Shown here piece by piece: positions 6,770 through 15,722 of a DNA stretch of 56,326 nt. This DNA is from an uncultured archaeon (GTDB lineage Archaea; Halobacteriota; Archaeoglobi; Archaeoglobales; Archaeoglobaceae). How positions within the stretch are numbered: position 1 is the stretch's first letter; each line of letters opens with the position of its first letter. The notes below the pieces were generated by a model. The model searched no databases. It was given only the letters and a program-made list of their open reading frames with translations, and had not been told where the DNA came from. The stretch spans positions 1 through 56,326 of the forward strand of contig CAZHKD010000001.1 of assembly GCA_964533255.1 (NCBI GenBank), read 5' to 3'. The translations under genes were made by a program, and so were the position numbers.

Positions 6770-9490
6770 ATGAGCCTTGAAAAGGAGTATCTGGATATAA
6801 GCTACCTTCCAGAAAACGGTTTTGTGAGGAAGCGCTGCAAAACGTGCGGAAAATACTTCTGGACCGCTGATGATAGAGAGGTCTGCGGCGATCCTCCGTG
6901 CGGAAGCTACACGTTCATAGGTGACCCCGTTTTTAAGAAGAAGATGGATGTTAACGAAATGAGGGAGTACTACCTCTCATTTTTCGAGAAAAGGGGACAT
7001 GAGCGAATTGAGCGCTATCCTGTCGTTGCCAGGTGGAGGGACGACATATACCTCACCATTGCCAGCATCGCCGACTTCCAGCCCTTCGTAACGTCTGGCG
7101 TTGCACCACCTCCCGCTAACCCCCTCACAATTTCCCAGCCGTGCATCAGAATGGACGACCTGGACAGCGTTGGCAGAACCGGCAGGCATCTGACGCTTTT
7201 CGAAATGATGGCCCACCATGCTTTCAACAATCCCAGGGAAGAGATTTACTGGAAGAGCGAGACTGTGGCTTACTGCACGGAACTGCTGAACGAGCTCGGT
7301 GTGGCGAAGGAGGACATAGTTTACAAGGAGGAGCCCTGGGCTGGCGGCGGGAATGCAGGGCCATGCCTGGAGGCCATCGTTGGCGGTCTGGAGGTGGCGA
7401 CGCTGGTCTTCATGAATCTGGAAGTGCACCCAGAAGGGGACATAGAAATCAAGGGTGAGCGGTACAGGAAAATGGATAACTACATAGTTGATACAGGCTA
7501 TGGGCTGGAGCGATTCACCTGGGCCAGTCAGGGGACTGCTACGCTCTACGATGCTGTCTTTGGACAGGTTGTGGATGCGATTCTCGACCACAGCAATGCC
7601 GGCGTCGACAGGAGGGATGAGGAGGTTGCTAGGATCATCGCAGAAAGCTCCAGGCTCGCTGGGGTGATGGGCTCTTTAAGGGGCGAAGCGCTGATGGAGC
7701 TGAGGAGAGGCGTTGCCAGAAAACTCGGCATTCAGGTTGAAGAGCTGGAGAAGATCGTAAAGCCAATGGAGCTTGTTTATGCGCTGGCAGATCACACAAG
7801 AACCATACTCTTCATGCTGGGCGATGGGCTGGTTCCCAGCAACGCCGGGGCAGGCTATCTTGCCAGGCTCATGATTAGGCGCAGCTTCAGGCTTGCCGAG
7901 GAGCTTGAGCTCTCCCTCAGCCTCTACGACATCGTCAGCATCCACAGAGACATACTGAAGGGCTTCACCTTCGATGTGCCCATGGAAACCATTCAGGAGA
8001 TTCTGGAGCTTGAAGAGCGGCGATATCGCGTCACGCTTGAGAGGGGAGTTGGGCTCGTTGAAAGAACGATAGAGCGGAAGGGGAAGATTGAGAAGTCCGA
8101 CCTCATCGAGTTTTACGACTCCCACGGCATCCCAGCTGAGCTGGCGTTGAAGATTGCCGAGAAGAAGGGCGTGGCAGTTGAGATGCCTGAAGACTTCTAC
8201 GCCGAGCTTGCTTCCAGGCACACAAAGGCTGAGAAGAAGGAGAAGAAGAAAATTCTTCAGGCCGAGTATCCTCCAACCGAGAGGCTCTACTACGATTCCA
8301 AGATTCTGAGCTTTGAGGCAGAGGTCATTGGAGTTGAAGCCGATGGAAAGGTCATTCTGAACAGAACCGCGTTCTATCCAGAAAGCGGCGGACAGGACAA
8401 CGATACCGGGTACCTGGAGCTGAACGGAAGGAAGATAGCCGTTACGGATGTGCTGGAAGAGGATGGCGTGGTTGTTCACGTGGTCGACAGCGTTGATGGA
8501 CTGGAGAAGGGGGCGAATGTGAGAGGCTACATAGATGCCGAGAGAAGGTTCAGGCACATGAGGCACCACACCGCAACCCACATACTCCTTTACGCCCTCC
8601 GCAAAGTTCTTGGCAACCACGTCTGGCAGGCCGGAGCCAGAAAGGAGTGGGACAAGGCGAGGCTTGACGTCACCCACTTCAGAAAGCTGAGCGATGATGA
8701 AGTCAGAGAGGTGGAGAGAATTGCCAATGCGGAAGTGATGGCCAACAAGCCCGTCACGTGGGAGATAGTCGACAGAATTGATGCTGAGAAGAAATATGGG
8801 TTCAGGCTGTATCAGGGAGGTGTACCGCCAGGAAAGTACATCAGGGTTGTTAAAGCAGGAGAAGACGTTCAGGCGTGTGGCGGAACTCACGTTAACTCCA
8901 CAGGAGAGATAGGGCTGATCAAAATACTCAGAACGGAATCCATTCAGGATGGCGTCATCAGATTTGAATTTGCTGCCGGAGATGCTGCTTTAGAGCACAT
9001 AGCGAAAGAGGAAGAATACCTGAAGGAGGCAAGCAATCTGCTCAGAGTTGAGCCTGCCATGCTGCCAAAGACGGTTGCGAGGTTCTTTGACGAATGGAAG
9101 AGCCAGAAGAAGGAGATAGAGAGGCTGAAGGATGAGATAGCCAGGCTTAAGGCAGAAATGCTGGGAGAGAAGGCAGAAGAGCTTGCGGGCTTTAAAGTAA
9201 TTGCAGAGATTTTCGAAGGGGAGGACATGCAGACCATTGTCAAGATGGGAGGGTATCTGGCGGAAATGGGCTACGTTGGCTGCCTGATTACAGTCAGGGA
9301 TGGCGTGAAGATGGTGTGCTTCAGTGGAAGTGAAGCCGTGGATGCCAGAGACCTGATTAGGGAGGTAGGAAAGCTGATAAAGGGCGGTGGAGGAGGCAGG
9401 AAAGACCTTGCTCAGGGAGCCGGGCAGATTGAGCCCACCAGAGATGACCTCATGGACGTTCTGTTTGCCTTCCTGAGGGTGAGGGGCTGA
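6770..9490 (+). CDS. alaS: alanyl-tRNA synthetase
   Basis: 906 aa. Archaeal-type class II catalytic core, editing-domain HxxxH/CxxxH motifs (HHTATHIL..., QACGGTHV) and a C-terminal DHHA1-like domain (GGGGGRKDLAQGAG). Confidence 0.97.
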   Translation: MSLEKEYLDISYLPENGFVRKRCKTCGKYFWTADDREVCGDPPCGSYTFIGDPVFKKKMDVNEMREYYLSFFEKRGHERIERYPVVARWRDDIYLTIASIADFQPFVTSGVAPPPANPLTISQPCIRMDDLDSVGRTGRHLTLFEMMAHHAFNNPREEIYWKSETVAYCTELLNELGVAKEDIVYKEEPWAGGGNAGPCLEAIVGGLEVATLVFMNLEVHPEGDIEIKGERYRKMDNYIVDTGYGLERFTWASQGTATLYDAVFGQVVDAILDHSNAGVDRRDEEVARIIAESSRLAGVMGSLRGEALMELRRGVARKLGIQVEELEKIVKPMELVYALADHTRTILFMLGDGLVPSNAGAGYLARLMIRRSFRLAEELELSLSLYDIVSIHRDILKGFTFDVPMETIQEILELEERRYRVTLERGVGLVERTIERKGKIEKSDLIEFYDSHGIPAELALKIAEKKGVAVEMPEDFYAELASRHTKAEKKEKKKILQAEYPPTERLYYDSKILSFEAEVIGVEADGKVILNRTAFYPESGGQDNDTGYLELNGRKIAVTDVLEEDGVVVHVVDSVDGLEKGANVRGYIDAERRFRHMRHHTATHILLYALRKVLGNHVWQAGARKEWDKARLDVTHFRKLSDDEVREVERIANAEVMANKPVTWEIVDRIDAEKKYGFRLYQGGVPPGKYIRVVKAGEDVQACGGTHVNSTGEIGLIKILRTESIQDGVIRFEFAAGDAALEHIAKEEEYLKEASNLLRVEPAMLPKTVARFFDEWKSQKKEIERLKDEIARLKAEMLGEKAEELAGFKVIAEIFEGEDMQTIVKMGGYLAEMGYVGCLITVRDGVKMVCFSGSEAVDARDLIREVGKLIKGGGGGRKDLAQGAGQIEPTRDDLMDVLFAFLRVRG

Positions 9491-9515
9491 ATAACCTGAT
9501 TGAGGGGTCGAATCG

Positions 9516-10277
9516 TTGAAAGTGGAAGCAATACCTCTCAAGCTCCCGGAGATTCGTGAGGGAGACGACATTGCTAGACTGATAGTGGACTCCATTGAGA
9601 TTCAGGATGGAGACGTCGTTGCCATCTGTTCCACAGTGGTTTCTAAGGCTGAAGGAAGGCTCAGGAAGATTGAAGAAATCACACCAGGTGAGGAGGCTTT
9701 AAAGCTTGCAGAAATGCTGGACAAATCGCCGGAATTCGTTCAGGCTGTGCTCGACGAGAGCATCGAAATCTTCTTCACGTCCCCATTTATGCTAACCAGG
9801 GCGAAATGCGGCAACATATGCGTGAATGCTGGCATTGACAACAGCAATGTCAGGGAGGGCTACCTTCTCCTCCTTCCAGAAAACCCCGACAGAAGTGCCG
9901 AGAAGATAAGGGAGAGGATTCAAGAGCTGACGGGGAGAAGGGTTGGAGTCATCGTTACGGACACCAACGGAAGGCCCTTCAGGAAAGGTGTTGTTGGCTT
10001 CGCAATTGGCTCTTCCGGCATAGAAGTCCTGAAAGACTGGAGAGGCGAGAAGGACATCTACGGCAGAGAGCTGGAAGTGACGGTGGAGTGCGTGGCCGAT
10101 GAGCTTGCAGCCTTTGCAAACCTGCTGATGGGCGAGGGAGGAGGCGGAGTCCCGGTGGTCATTATCAGGGGTCTTGATGTTCTTGGAGAGGGCAGCATTT
10201 CGGATGTTTACAGAGCAGAAAATGAAGACGTTATAGCGGGGCGAATAAGGGATAGGCCTGTAAGGAATCAAGGATGA
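9516..10277 (+). CDS. cofE: coenzyme F420:L-glutamate ligase
   Basis: 253 aa. GDVVAICSTVVSKAEGR, NAGIDNSNV and VTDTNGRPFR motifs are typical of CofE. It is adjacent to alaS. Confidence 0.9.
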   Translation: MKVEAIPLKLPEIREGDDIARLIVDSIEIQDGDVVAICSTVVSKAEGRLRKIEEITPGEEALKLAEMLDKSPEFVQAVLDESIEIFFTSPFMLTRAKCGNICVNAGIDNSNVREGYLLLLPENPDRSAEKIRERIQELTGRRVGVIVTDTNGRPFRKGVVGFAIGSSGIEVLKDWRGEKDIYGRELEVTVECVADELAAFANLLMGEGGGGVPVVIIRGLDVLGEGSISDVYRAENEDVIAGRIRDRPVRNQG

Positions 10278-10283
10278 AGGAGA

Positions 10284-11351
10284 ATGAAAAGAAAGGTAGT
10301 TATAGCAGGGGGAAACGTCAGAAACATCGCTGAATCTGCTTTTAAGGCCGGATATGAGGTAATAGCAATTACGAAACACCTGGATGCTGACCTCATGCTC
10401 TACTGCAAGGAAGTCCACCACCTTCAGGATGGAAAGGAGGGAGAAAGGCAGGTTGAAGAGGTTGCACAGCACCACAACGCCCCTGTCGTCCTCTCATCAG
10501 GAATTGAGGATGCGGAAATCGACGCTGAAATTCTTGGATGTGATCCGAAGGTGAGCAGAGGCATAGTCAACAAGCTGAAGTTTTACCGGAAGCTTGAGAA
10601 CGCCGGAATCCCCTTTCCGCAGATTCTGGATGAAGATGATGCAGACTGTCAGAGCGGTGAAAATGGATGCAGGTTCATCCTCAAGCCAGTTAAGGGTGGT
10701 GGAGGGGAGGGGATAGAGTTCGGGATGGAGCCAAAAGAGGGGTACATCCTCCAGAGGTACATCGATGGAATTGCGTGTTCGGTTTCGCTGGTTGTGGGAA
10801 GAGAGCCAGTCCCGGTTGCAGCAAACTACATTCTGCACGGCCTGAAGTGGCTCCACGCAAAGCCCTTCCAGTACTGCGGGAACGTAACACCTTTCCCGGC
10901 CAATGAAGAGCTCTTCAGAACTGCGGTCGAAACCGCATCCCTCTTTGATCTCGCCGGGAGCGTTGGAGTGGATTTCATCCTGGCTGATAAACCCTACGTC
11001 TTGGAGATAAACCCCAGGTTTCAGGGCTCTCTTGACAGCATTGAGTGGGCCTGCGACATTAACCTCTTCAGGCTTCACGTGGATGCCGTGGAGGGGAAAG
11101 GTGAAAAAATCGAAGTAAAGCCGAGGAGATGCGCCTGCAGGGCAATCCTCTTTGCACCCTCAGATATGAACGTGAGGGTTGCGCCAGCGGGCAATCCGCT
11201 TTTCGCAGACATAACCCCCGTTAAAAAAGTGGAAAAGGAGGAACCCCTCATCTCGATTCTCTCCTCTGGAAGCTCCAGAAGTGAGGTTCTTGATAAAGCT
11301 AGAGAGAGAAAAAAGGCCTATCTGGAGATGCAGAGCATGGCTGATGCCTAA
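10284..11351 (+). CDS. ATP-grasp domain protein (predicted carboligase, specific function unknown)
   Basis: 355 aa. N-terminal Rossmann-like pre-ATP-grasp region, a central ILKPVKGGGGEGI glycine-rich loop and a C-terminal VLEINPRFQGS motif typical of the ATP-grasp fold. Confidence 0.75.
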   Translation: MKRKVVIAGGNVRNIAESAFKAGYEVIAITKHLDADLMLYCKEVHHLQDGKEGERQVEEVAQHHNAPVVLSSGIEDAEIDAEILGCDPKVSRGIVNKLKFYRKLENAGIPFPQILDEDDADCQSGENGCRFILKPVKGGGGEGIEFGMEPKEGYILQRYIDGIACSVSLVVGREPVPVAANYILHGLKWLHAKPFQYCGNVTPFPANEELFRTAVETASLFDLAGSVGVDFILADKPYVLEINPRFQGSLDSIEWACDINLFRLHVDAVEGKGEKIEVKPRRCACRAILFAPSDMNVRVAPAGNPLFADITPVKKVEKEEPLISILSSGSSRSEVLDKARERKKAYLEMQSMADA

Positions 11352-11369
11352 ATCGGGGGGAGTAGAGCC

Positions 11370-12194
11370 GTGATGCTGTTTTCCTCCATGTTTCTGTACG
11401 AGTACGCGATTCCCACCCTCTTCCAGGCATGTGTTGAAGCGGGATACGATGGTGTGGAGTTCTGGGTTGAAACGCCCCACTTCTGGCTCATCCGGGAGAA
11501 TTCTGTAAACTCCGCAAGAGTTTCGGGTTCAGCTGCCATCTCAGAGCTGGAAAGATACGCTGAGTTCATTCCTGCGGTTCACGCCCCTGTCCTCGACCTG
11601 AACCCCTGCAGCGTGAACCGGGGTGTTGCAGAGCTGACGCTGAAGGAAACTCTCTACTCGATCGCCCTCTCCAGGAAACTGGATTGTGGACTTGTCACCA
11701 TTCATGCAGGAAGGCGGAGTGCCCTCAGGGAGCCGGTTGAGGAGGACTGGGGTGCCCTTGACAGGTACATCCGGACTTGCTCCCGTTATGCCAGGCTTAA
11801 GGGTGTCAAACTCCTTCTGGAGAATTCAGAGCCCAGAATCAACAGCCTGTGCAGCAGAGCTGAAGATGTTGGAAGGTACGCTTCCAGACACAGCATTGGC
11901 GTTACCTTTGACGTGAGCCACGCCCTCAAAGCGGGAGAATTTGAGAACATGCTGGAACTCATCCACATGGTCGAAAACGTCCATGTGAGCGGATGGGACA
12001 GCTCGGGAAGGCATGTGGCATCCAGAAGGAGCCAGAGGGTTGAAGAGGCTTTGAAGAAAATTGCAGAGGCTGGGTACGATGGCCTCATTACAGTTGAGCT
12101 GGACGACCTTGGCTACGGACTCATGGACTACAGGGCAAAGGTTGAGGAGCTCAGGAAGGAGAGGGAGTTTATTGAGTCCATTTTCCGGAGATGA
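11370..12194 (+). CDS. xylose-isomerase-like TIM-barrel protein (sugar phosphate isomerase/epimerase superfamily)
   Basis: 274 aa. GYDGVEFW..., VTIHAG..., LLLEN..., FDVSHA..., VHVSG..., ITVEL pattern of the AP-endonuclease-2/xylose isomerase-like barrel. Confidence 0.75.
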   Translation: MMLFSSMFLYEYAIPTLFQACVEAGYDGVEFWVETPHFWLIRENSVNSARVSGSAAISELERYAEFIPAVHAPVLDLNPCSVNRGVAELTLKETLYSIALSRKLDCGLVTIHAGRRSALREPVEEDWGALDRYIRTCSRYARLKGVKLLLENSEPRINSLCSRAEDVGRYASRHSIGVTFDVSHALKAGEFENMLELIHMVENVHVSGWDSSGRHVASRRSQRVEEALKKIAEAGYDGLITVELDDLGYGLMDYRAKVEELRKEREFIESIFRR

Positions 12195-12203
12195 AGCTGA
12201 ATT

Positions 12204-12920
12204 TTACTTCAGAAGCTCCATGAACCGCCTTGCGTCGTCGTACATGTAAACGTTGTTGAAAAGCACGTAGCTGTCCTTATCGCAGAATTCCAGCAGCTGC
12301 TTCAGCTCGTCATCGCTGTATTTGTGCCTGTACATTTTCTTATGGGCGCCGTGAAGCCTGAAGTAGTTCATCCCGCCATAGAGGGACTTCTGGATAAAGG
12401 GATCAACTGCGTGAATCAGGTTCAGCTCCTCACAGATGGAAGCGATGCCCTCGTCACTCCACCCTCTGGGCTCCCAGACAAAGATGAACTCCTCATCTAT
12501 GGACGAGAAAAACTCCCGCATGTTCTGCATGCTTTCTTCGCTCTCGGAAAAGCTCTTTGGTGTCTGGAAAACTATTATTCTGGCACTCAGGGCTTTTGCA
12601 GCATCTCTCGTCACCTCATACGCCTCGAACACTTCGTGTGTGGGCTTGAAGAAACCGCAGTTCTCGCCGGAAATGCCCGCTTTCCTGTAAGTGGGGCTGG
12701 TGGGAAGATGGGTGATTTTCTGCCAGGCTTTGACGGTGAACTCAAAATCTTCAGGTGCTTTTTTCCGCCACCCCTTCAGAGTTTCCGCAGATAGGGGCTT
12801 GTAGAAGGTTTTCTGAACCTCAACGAGTCTGAACTCCTGGAAGTACTTCTGCATGGAGACAGGAAAACCGCAGCATCCTGTTTTGATTTCAAACTTCAAA
12901 TCTCGGGCATGCCCGCTCAT
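12204..12920 (-). CDS. DUF72 family protein
   Basis: From internal ATG 12920 (MSGHARDLKFEIKTGCCGFPV...FRLVEVQKTFYKP...FEFTVKAWQKITH...FVWEPRGWS...YFRLHG), the characteristic DUF72 pattern. The track ORF extends 39 codons further upstream without support. Confidence 0.8.
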   Translation of the reverse strand: MSGHARDLKFEIKTGCCGFPVSMQKYFQEFRLVEVQKTFYKPLSAETLKGWRKKAPEDFEFTVKAWQKITHLPTSPTYRKAGISGENCGFFKPTHEVFEAYEVTRDAAKALSARIIVFQTPKSFSESEESMQNMREFFSSIDEEFIFVWEPRGWSDEGIASICEELNLIHAVDPFIQKSLYGGMNYFRLHGAHKKMYRHKYSDDELKQLLEFCDKDSYVLFNNVYMYDDARRFMELLK

Positions 12921-13089
12921 GGTAAAACACCCTTTTGAAGGGTAAACCGGCACATGATGTTGGATCAGAGCTGGACTGAGGGCTGGTGCAGAACTCCGCT
13001 CTTCCGTGGTCTTCCATGAAATAAAGGCACTCCCCACACACAGGCATAAAAACTGGCGGTCTAAAAAGGTATAAAAGTTATCCGAGAAG

Positions 13090-13869
13090 TTACCTGAAGT
13101 ACCTCAGATCCTCATCACTCTTCCACTGCTGCATCGAGGCCTCCTGAATCTCCTTGATCTGTGCAATCAGCCTCTCCATCTCCTTGGCTCTCTCCTCAAG
13201 TGCTTCAACGCTCACATCTATGTGGAGTATTTTCATGAGAACATCCAGCACGGCTTTCGCACTCTTGGGATCCACCATGTAGCCGGAAGTTACACCCATA
13301 AGGCACGCAGCTTCAATTCCCTCAAGCTGAGAGACGCCAAGAAGCAAACCTGAAGCTCCTATGATGCCTCCACCGGGCTCGTTGGCCTCAAATTTCACAC
13401 CGTATTTTTTGAGCTCTTCCATGAGTTCTCTGCTGTTCGCAGCTCCCAAAACGTAGGGCTCGTCAACAAGCCTTCCTATTCCATAGCCGCCGAGGGTGAA
13501 TATCCTCTTAACTCCGAACTTCCTGGCTATGTCCAGATACGCATTTACAAGCTCGTAGTGGCCTTCGCTGCTTATGCTCTGGAAGTCTCCAACAAGTATC
13601 AGCATGTCAGGGGCGTTGTTGTGGGCTCTGACGGCATAAACTTCGTTCTTCGGCATTCTGATCAGCCCGTCCTCCATCACCATGACCTGGGGCGGGAAGT
13701 GGTGGGAGTAAATTTCCACAACCTTCTCCGCGTCCAGCTCCTTAACCAGGTGGTCTGCTACGAGCTTCCCCACATGACCGATGCCGGGCAGACCTTCGAT
13801 GAATATGGGGTCTTTCAGACCCAGCTCCTCTGGAGCCTTTATCATCCGCACATCAACTCTCTGGAGCAT
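13090..13869 (-). CDS. PAC2-family proteasome assembly chaperone homologue
   Basis: 259 aa. PIFIEGLPGIGHVGKLVADHL...LGGYG...GASGLLLG matches the archaeal PAC2/PbaA-B family. Confidence 0.8.
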   Translation of the reverse strand: MLQRVDVRMIKAPEELGLKDPIFIEGLPGIGHVGKLVADHLVKELDAEKVVEIYSHHFPPQVMVMEDGLIRMPKNEVYAVRAHNNAPDMLILVGDFQSISSEGHYELVNAYLDIARKFGVKRIFTLGGYGIGRLVDEPYVLGAANSRELMEELKKYGVKFEANEPGGGIIGASGLLLGVSQLEGIEAACLMGVTSGYMVDPKSAKAVLDVLMKILHIDVSVEALEERAKEMERLIAQIKEIQEASMQQWKSDEDLRYFR

Positions 13870-14050
13870 TATGGCACCTCCTAAGGGCGAAGAAGCCCAA
13901 CTCCTTTCTCAGCATCCTCCTGTATTTACCGTAAGGGTCCTCAGGAGAGAAACGGGGAGGAATCGGCATGTAAGTCTTTCCACCGCACAGGCATACATCT
14001 TTCAAAGTATATCTGCCGCACTCGCAGCACTTCCTTATGTTCACCTTCAT
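13853..14050 (-). CDS. nop10: H/ACA RNP protein Nop10
   Basis: 65 aa. Zn-ribbon CCECGRYTLKDVCLCGG followed by PPRFSPEDPYGKYRR. It lies in the conserved position downstream of aIF2alpha. Confidence 0.9.
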   Translation of the reverse strand: MKVNIRKCCECGRYTLKDVCLCGGKTYMPIPPRFSPEDPYGKYRRMLRKELGFFALRRCHNAPES

Positions 14051-14877
14051 CAGGCAGCCTCCCTGACGAACTCGCCCTCTCCACCAAGCTTCTTTATTGT
14101 CTTGAGAACTCTATCCGCTGCGGTCTTGAGGGTTTTTTCTGCGGTCTTGTAATCCTCACATTCAAGCACTATTCTGTAGCGCGGAGCTCCGATATACTCG
14201 ATTTCAAACTCCACGTCATCTTTCTTTATCCTGTAAACTTCTGAGAGTGCCTTCTTTATCCTCTCTATCCCATCAGGAGCTGTGCTTTTCAGAATGAAGT
14301 ACCCCCTAACCTTGACCCTGGGCGGTTTGATGTTCTCCCTGGCAATCTCGCCTATCGCCTTTGCAAGCTCCTCGCCGGCTATCGGGATGAGCACCTCGTA
14401 GCCCTCGTATGCTGCTTCCTCGAAGGCTGCGTAAATGGAGTCGTACTCCTTCATGAGCTTCCTGCCAATCTCCATCAGCTCATCTCTGCCCACTCCAGCC
14501 TGCTGTCCGGCTATCTCCAGCCACTTGAAGGCCCTCATCTCACCCTTCCACTGCTGGATCTTCTCCTTCCTCTGCCTTTCGTTGACGTCCTTTATGCTGA
14601 GATCGATGTGTCCCCTCTTCGGGTTGATGTCCAGAACCTTGCAGACCACCTTCTGCCCCTTCTTGACGTAATCCCTTATGTCCTTGATCCATCCAGGAGC
14701 TACCTCGCTGATGTGAACCATTCCCTCCTTGTTCTCGTACTCATCCAGGCTCACAAAGGCTCCGAAATCGAGAACACGCGTGACAGTACCTATGACTATC
14801 TCACCCCTTGAGGGGAATCCCTGCCTCTTTATGACAAGCTTATCCTCACGCTTCTCTTCACGTCTCTCTTCACTCAT
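14050..14877 (-). CDS. eif2a: translation initiation factor aIF2 alpha subunit
   Basis: S1 domain (GEIVIGTVTRVLDFGAFVSLDEYENKEGMVHISEV), helical domain and C-terminal alpha-beta domain. Start chosen at ATG 14877 (MSEERR...); the track ORF begins 20 codons earlier at 14937. Confidence 0.9.
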   Translation of the reverse strand: MSEERREEKREDKLVIKRQGFPSRGEIVIGTVTRVLDFGAFVSLDEYENKEGMVHISEVAPGWIKDIRDYVKKGQKVVCKVLDINPKRGHIDLSIKDVNERQRKEKIQQWKGEMRAFKWLEIAGQQAGVGRDELMEIGRKLMKEYDSIYAAFEEAAYEGYEVLIPIAGEELAKAIGEIARENIKPPRVKVRGYFILKSTAPDGIERIKKALSEVYRIKKDDVEFEIEYIGAPRYRIVLECEDYKTAEKTLKTAADRVLKTIKKLGGEGEFVREAA

Positions 14878-14982
14878 CCCTTGCAGCTTGTTGCCGATGG
14901 AATTTAAAGGTTGCCTACCCTGGTTTCCAACACTCACTTTTAAATCCCTTGAAAATCTTTTGAGAACTCAAAATCCAGAAAT

Positions 14983-15396
14983 TCAGTCGAGAACGTGCTT
15001 TTCCAGAACGTAGCAGTAAAATTTCCCTTCAAGAACGGTCTCGCTGCCCTTTCTCACCACCACATCCACCACATGCTTCTTTCCGGAAACCTCCACAACC
15101 CTGGCTTCAGCTTCTATGACATCTCCAACCCTCACGGGCTTTGTGAATCTAACTTCAGCCTTGCCCAGCACAACATTTGGATGGTTCACAGCCACCATGG
15201 CTGCAAGGTCAGCGCAGCCGAAGGTGAAGCCGCCGTGTATGAGCCCTTTCTCATCAACCGCCATCTCGGGGCCGCACTCCAGCTTAACCCTTGAGTAGCC
15301 ATCATCCAGCTCAACAACGCTGCCCACCAGGCACATGGATGCGAGCCTGTGGGTCTTCAACTCCTCAGACTTCTCGGGTTTTCCAGCCATCATCAT
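14983..15396 (-). CDS. hotdog-fold thioesterase (PaaI family)
   Basis: 137 aa. GLIHGGFTFGCADLAAMVAV is the PaaI/4HBT-type catalytic region. Its start overlaps the stop of the ASCH gene by 4 nt. Confidence 0.8.
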   Translation of the reverse strand: MMMAGKPEKSEELKTHRLASMCLVGSVVELDDGYSRVKLECGPEMAVDEKGLIHGGFTFGCADLAAMVAVNHPNVVLGKAEVRFTKPVRVGDVIEAEARVVEVSGKKHVVDVVVRKGSETVLEGKFYCYVLEKHVLD

Positions 15397-15722
15397 TCCA
15401 CCACCGTGAAGTGGACAACCGTAACGAACTCCTCCTCATCCATGTTACCGTATATCCTCTTCAGGGCCTTTATAAGCTCATCCCTGCTGGAGAAGCCATC
15501 CCTCTTCGCATCATCATCACTCAGCTCCTTAACCCTCTTCACCACCACCTTGTCCACCCTCGCTCTGGCAAAGGGGCGGTAATTGGCTGTCAGCTCCACT
15601 ATCCTGCCTACCGGGTAGCTCTTTATCCCCCTTCTAACTGTCGTAACCTTGGCTCCGCTCTTTATCGCCTCAACGTACTCCTCATCGAAGTTAATTCTCC
15701 TCTCCTCTTTCATACCCCTCAT
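15393..15722 (-). CDS. ASCH-domain protein (PUA-like fold)
   Basis: 109 aa. INFDEEYVEAIKSGAKVTTVRRG...ARARVDKVVVKRVKELSDDDAKRDGF matches the ASCH pattern. Its start lies inside the 3' end of tmcA (32-nt overlap, or 23 nt if ATG 15713 is used). Confidence 0.8.
   Translation of the reverse strand: MRGMKEERRINFDEEYVEAIKSGAKVTTVRRGIKSYPVGRIVELTANYRPFARARVDKVVVKRVKELSDDDAKRDGFSSRDELIKALKRIYGNMDEEEFVTVVHFTVVE

Noticed and set aside
7676-8890. 404-aa minus-strand ORF (and several shorter ones) antisense to alaS
   Set aside because: alaS is unambiguous on the plus strand. The antisense product has no domain features.
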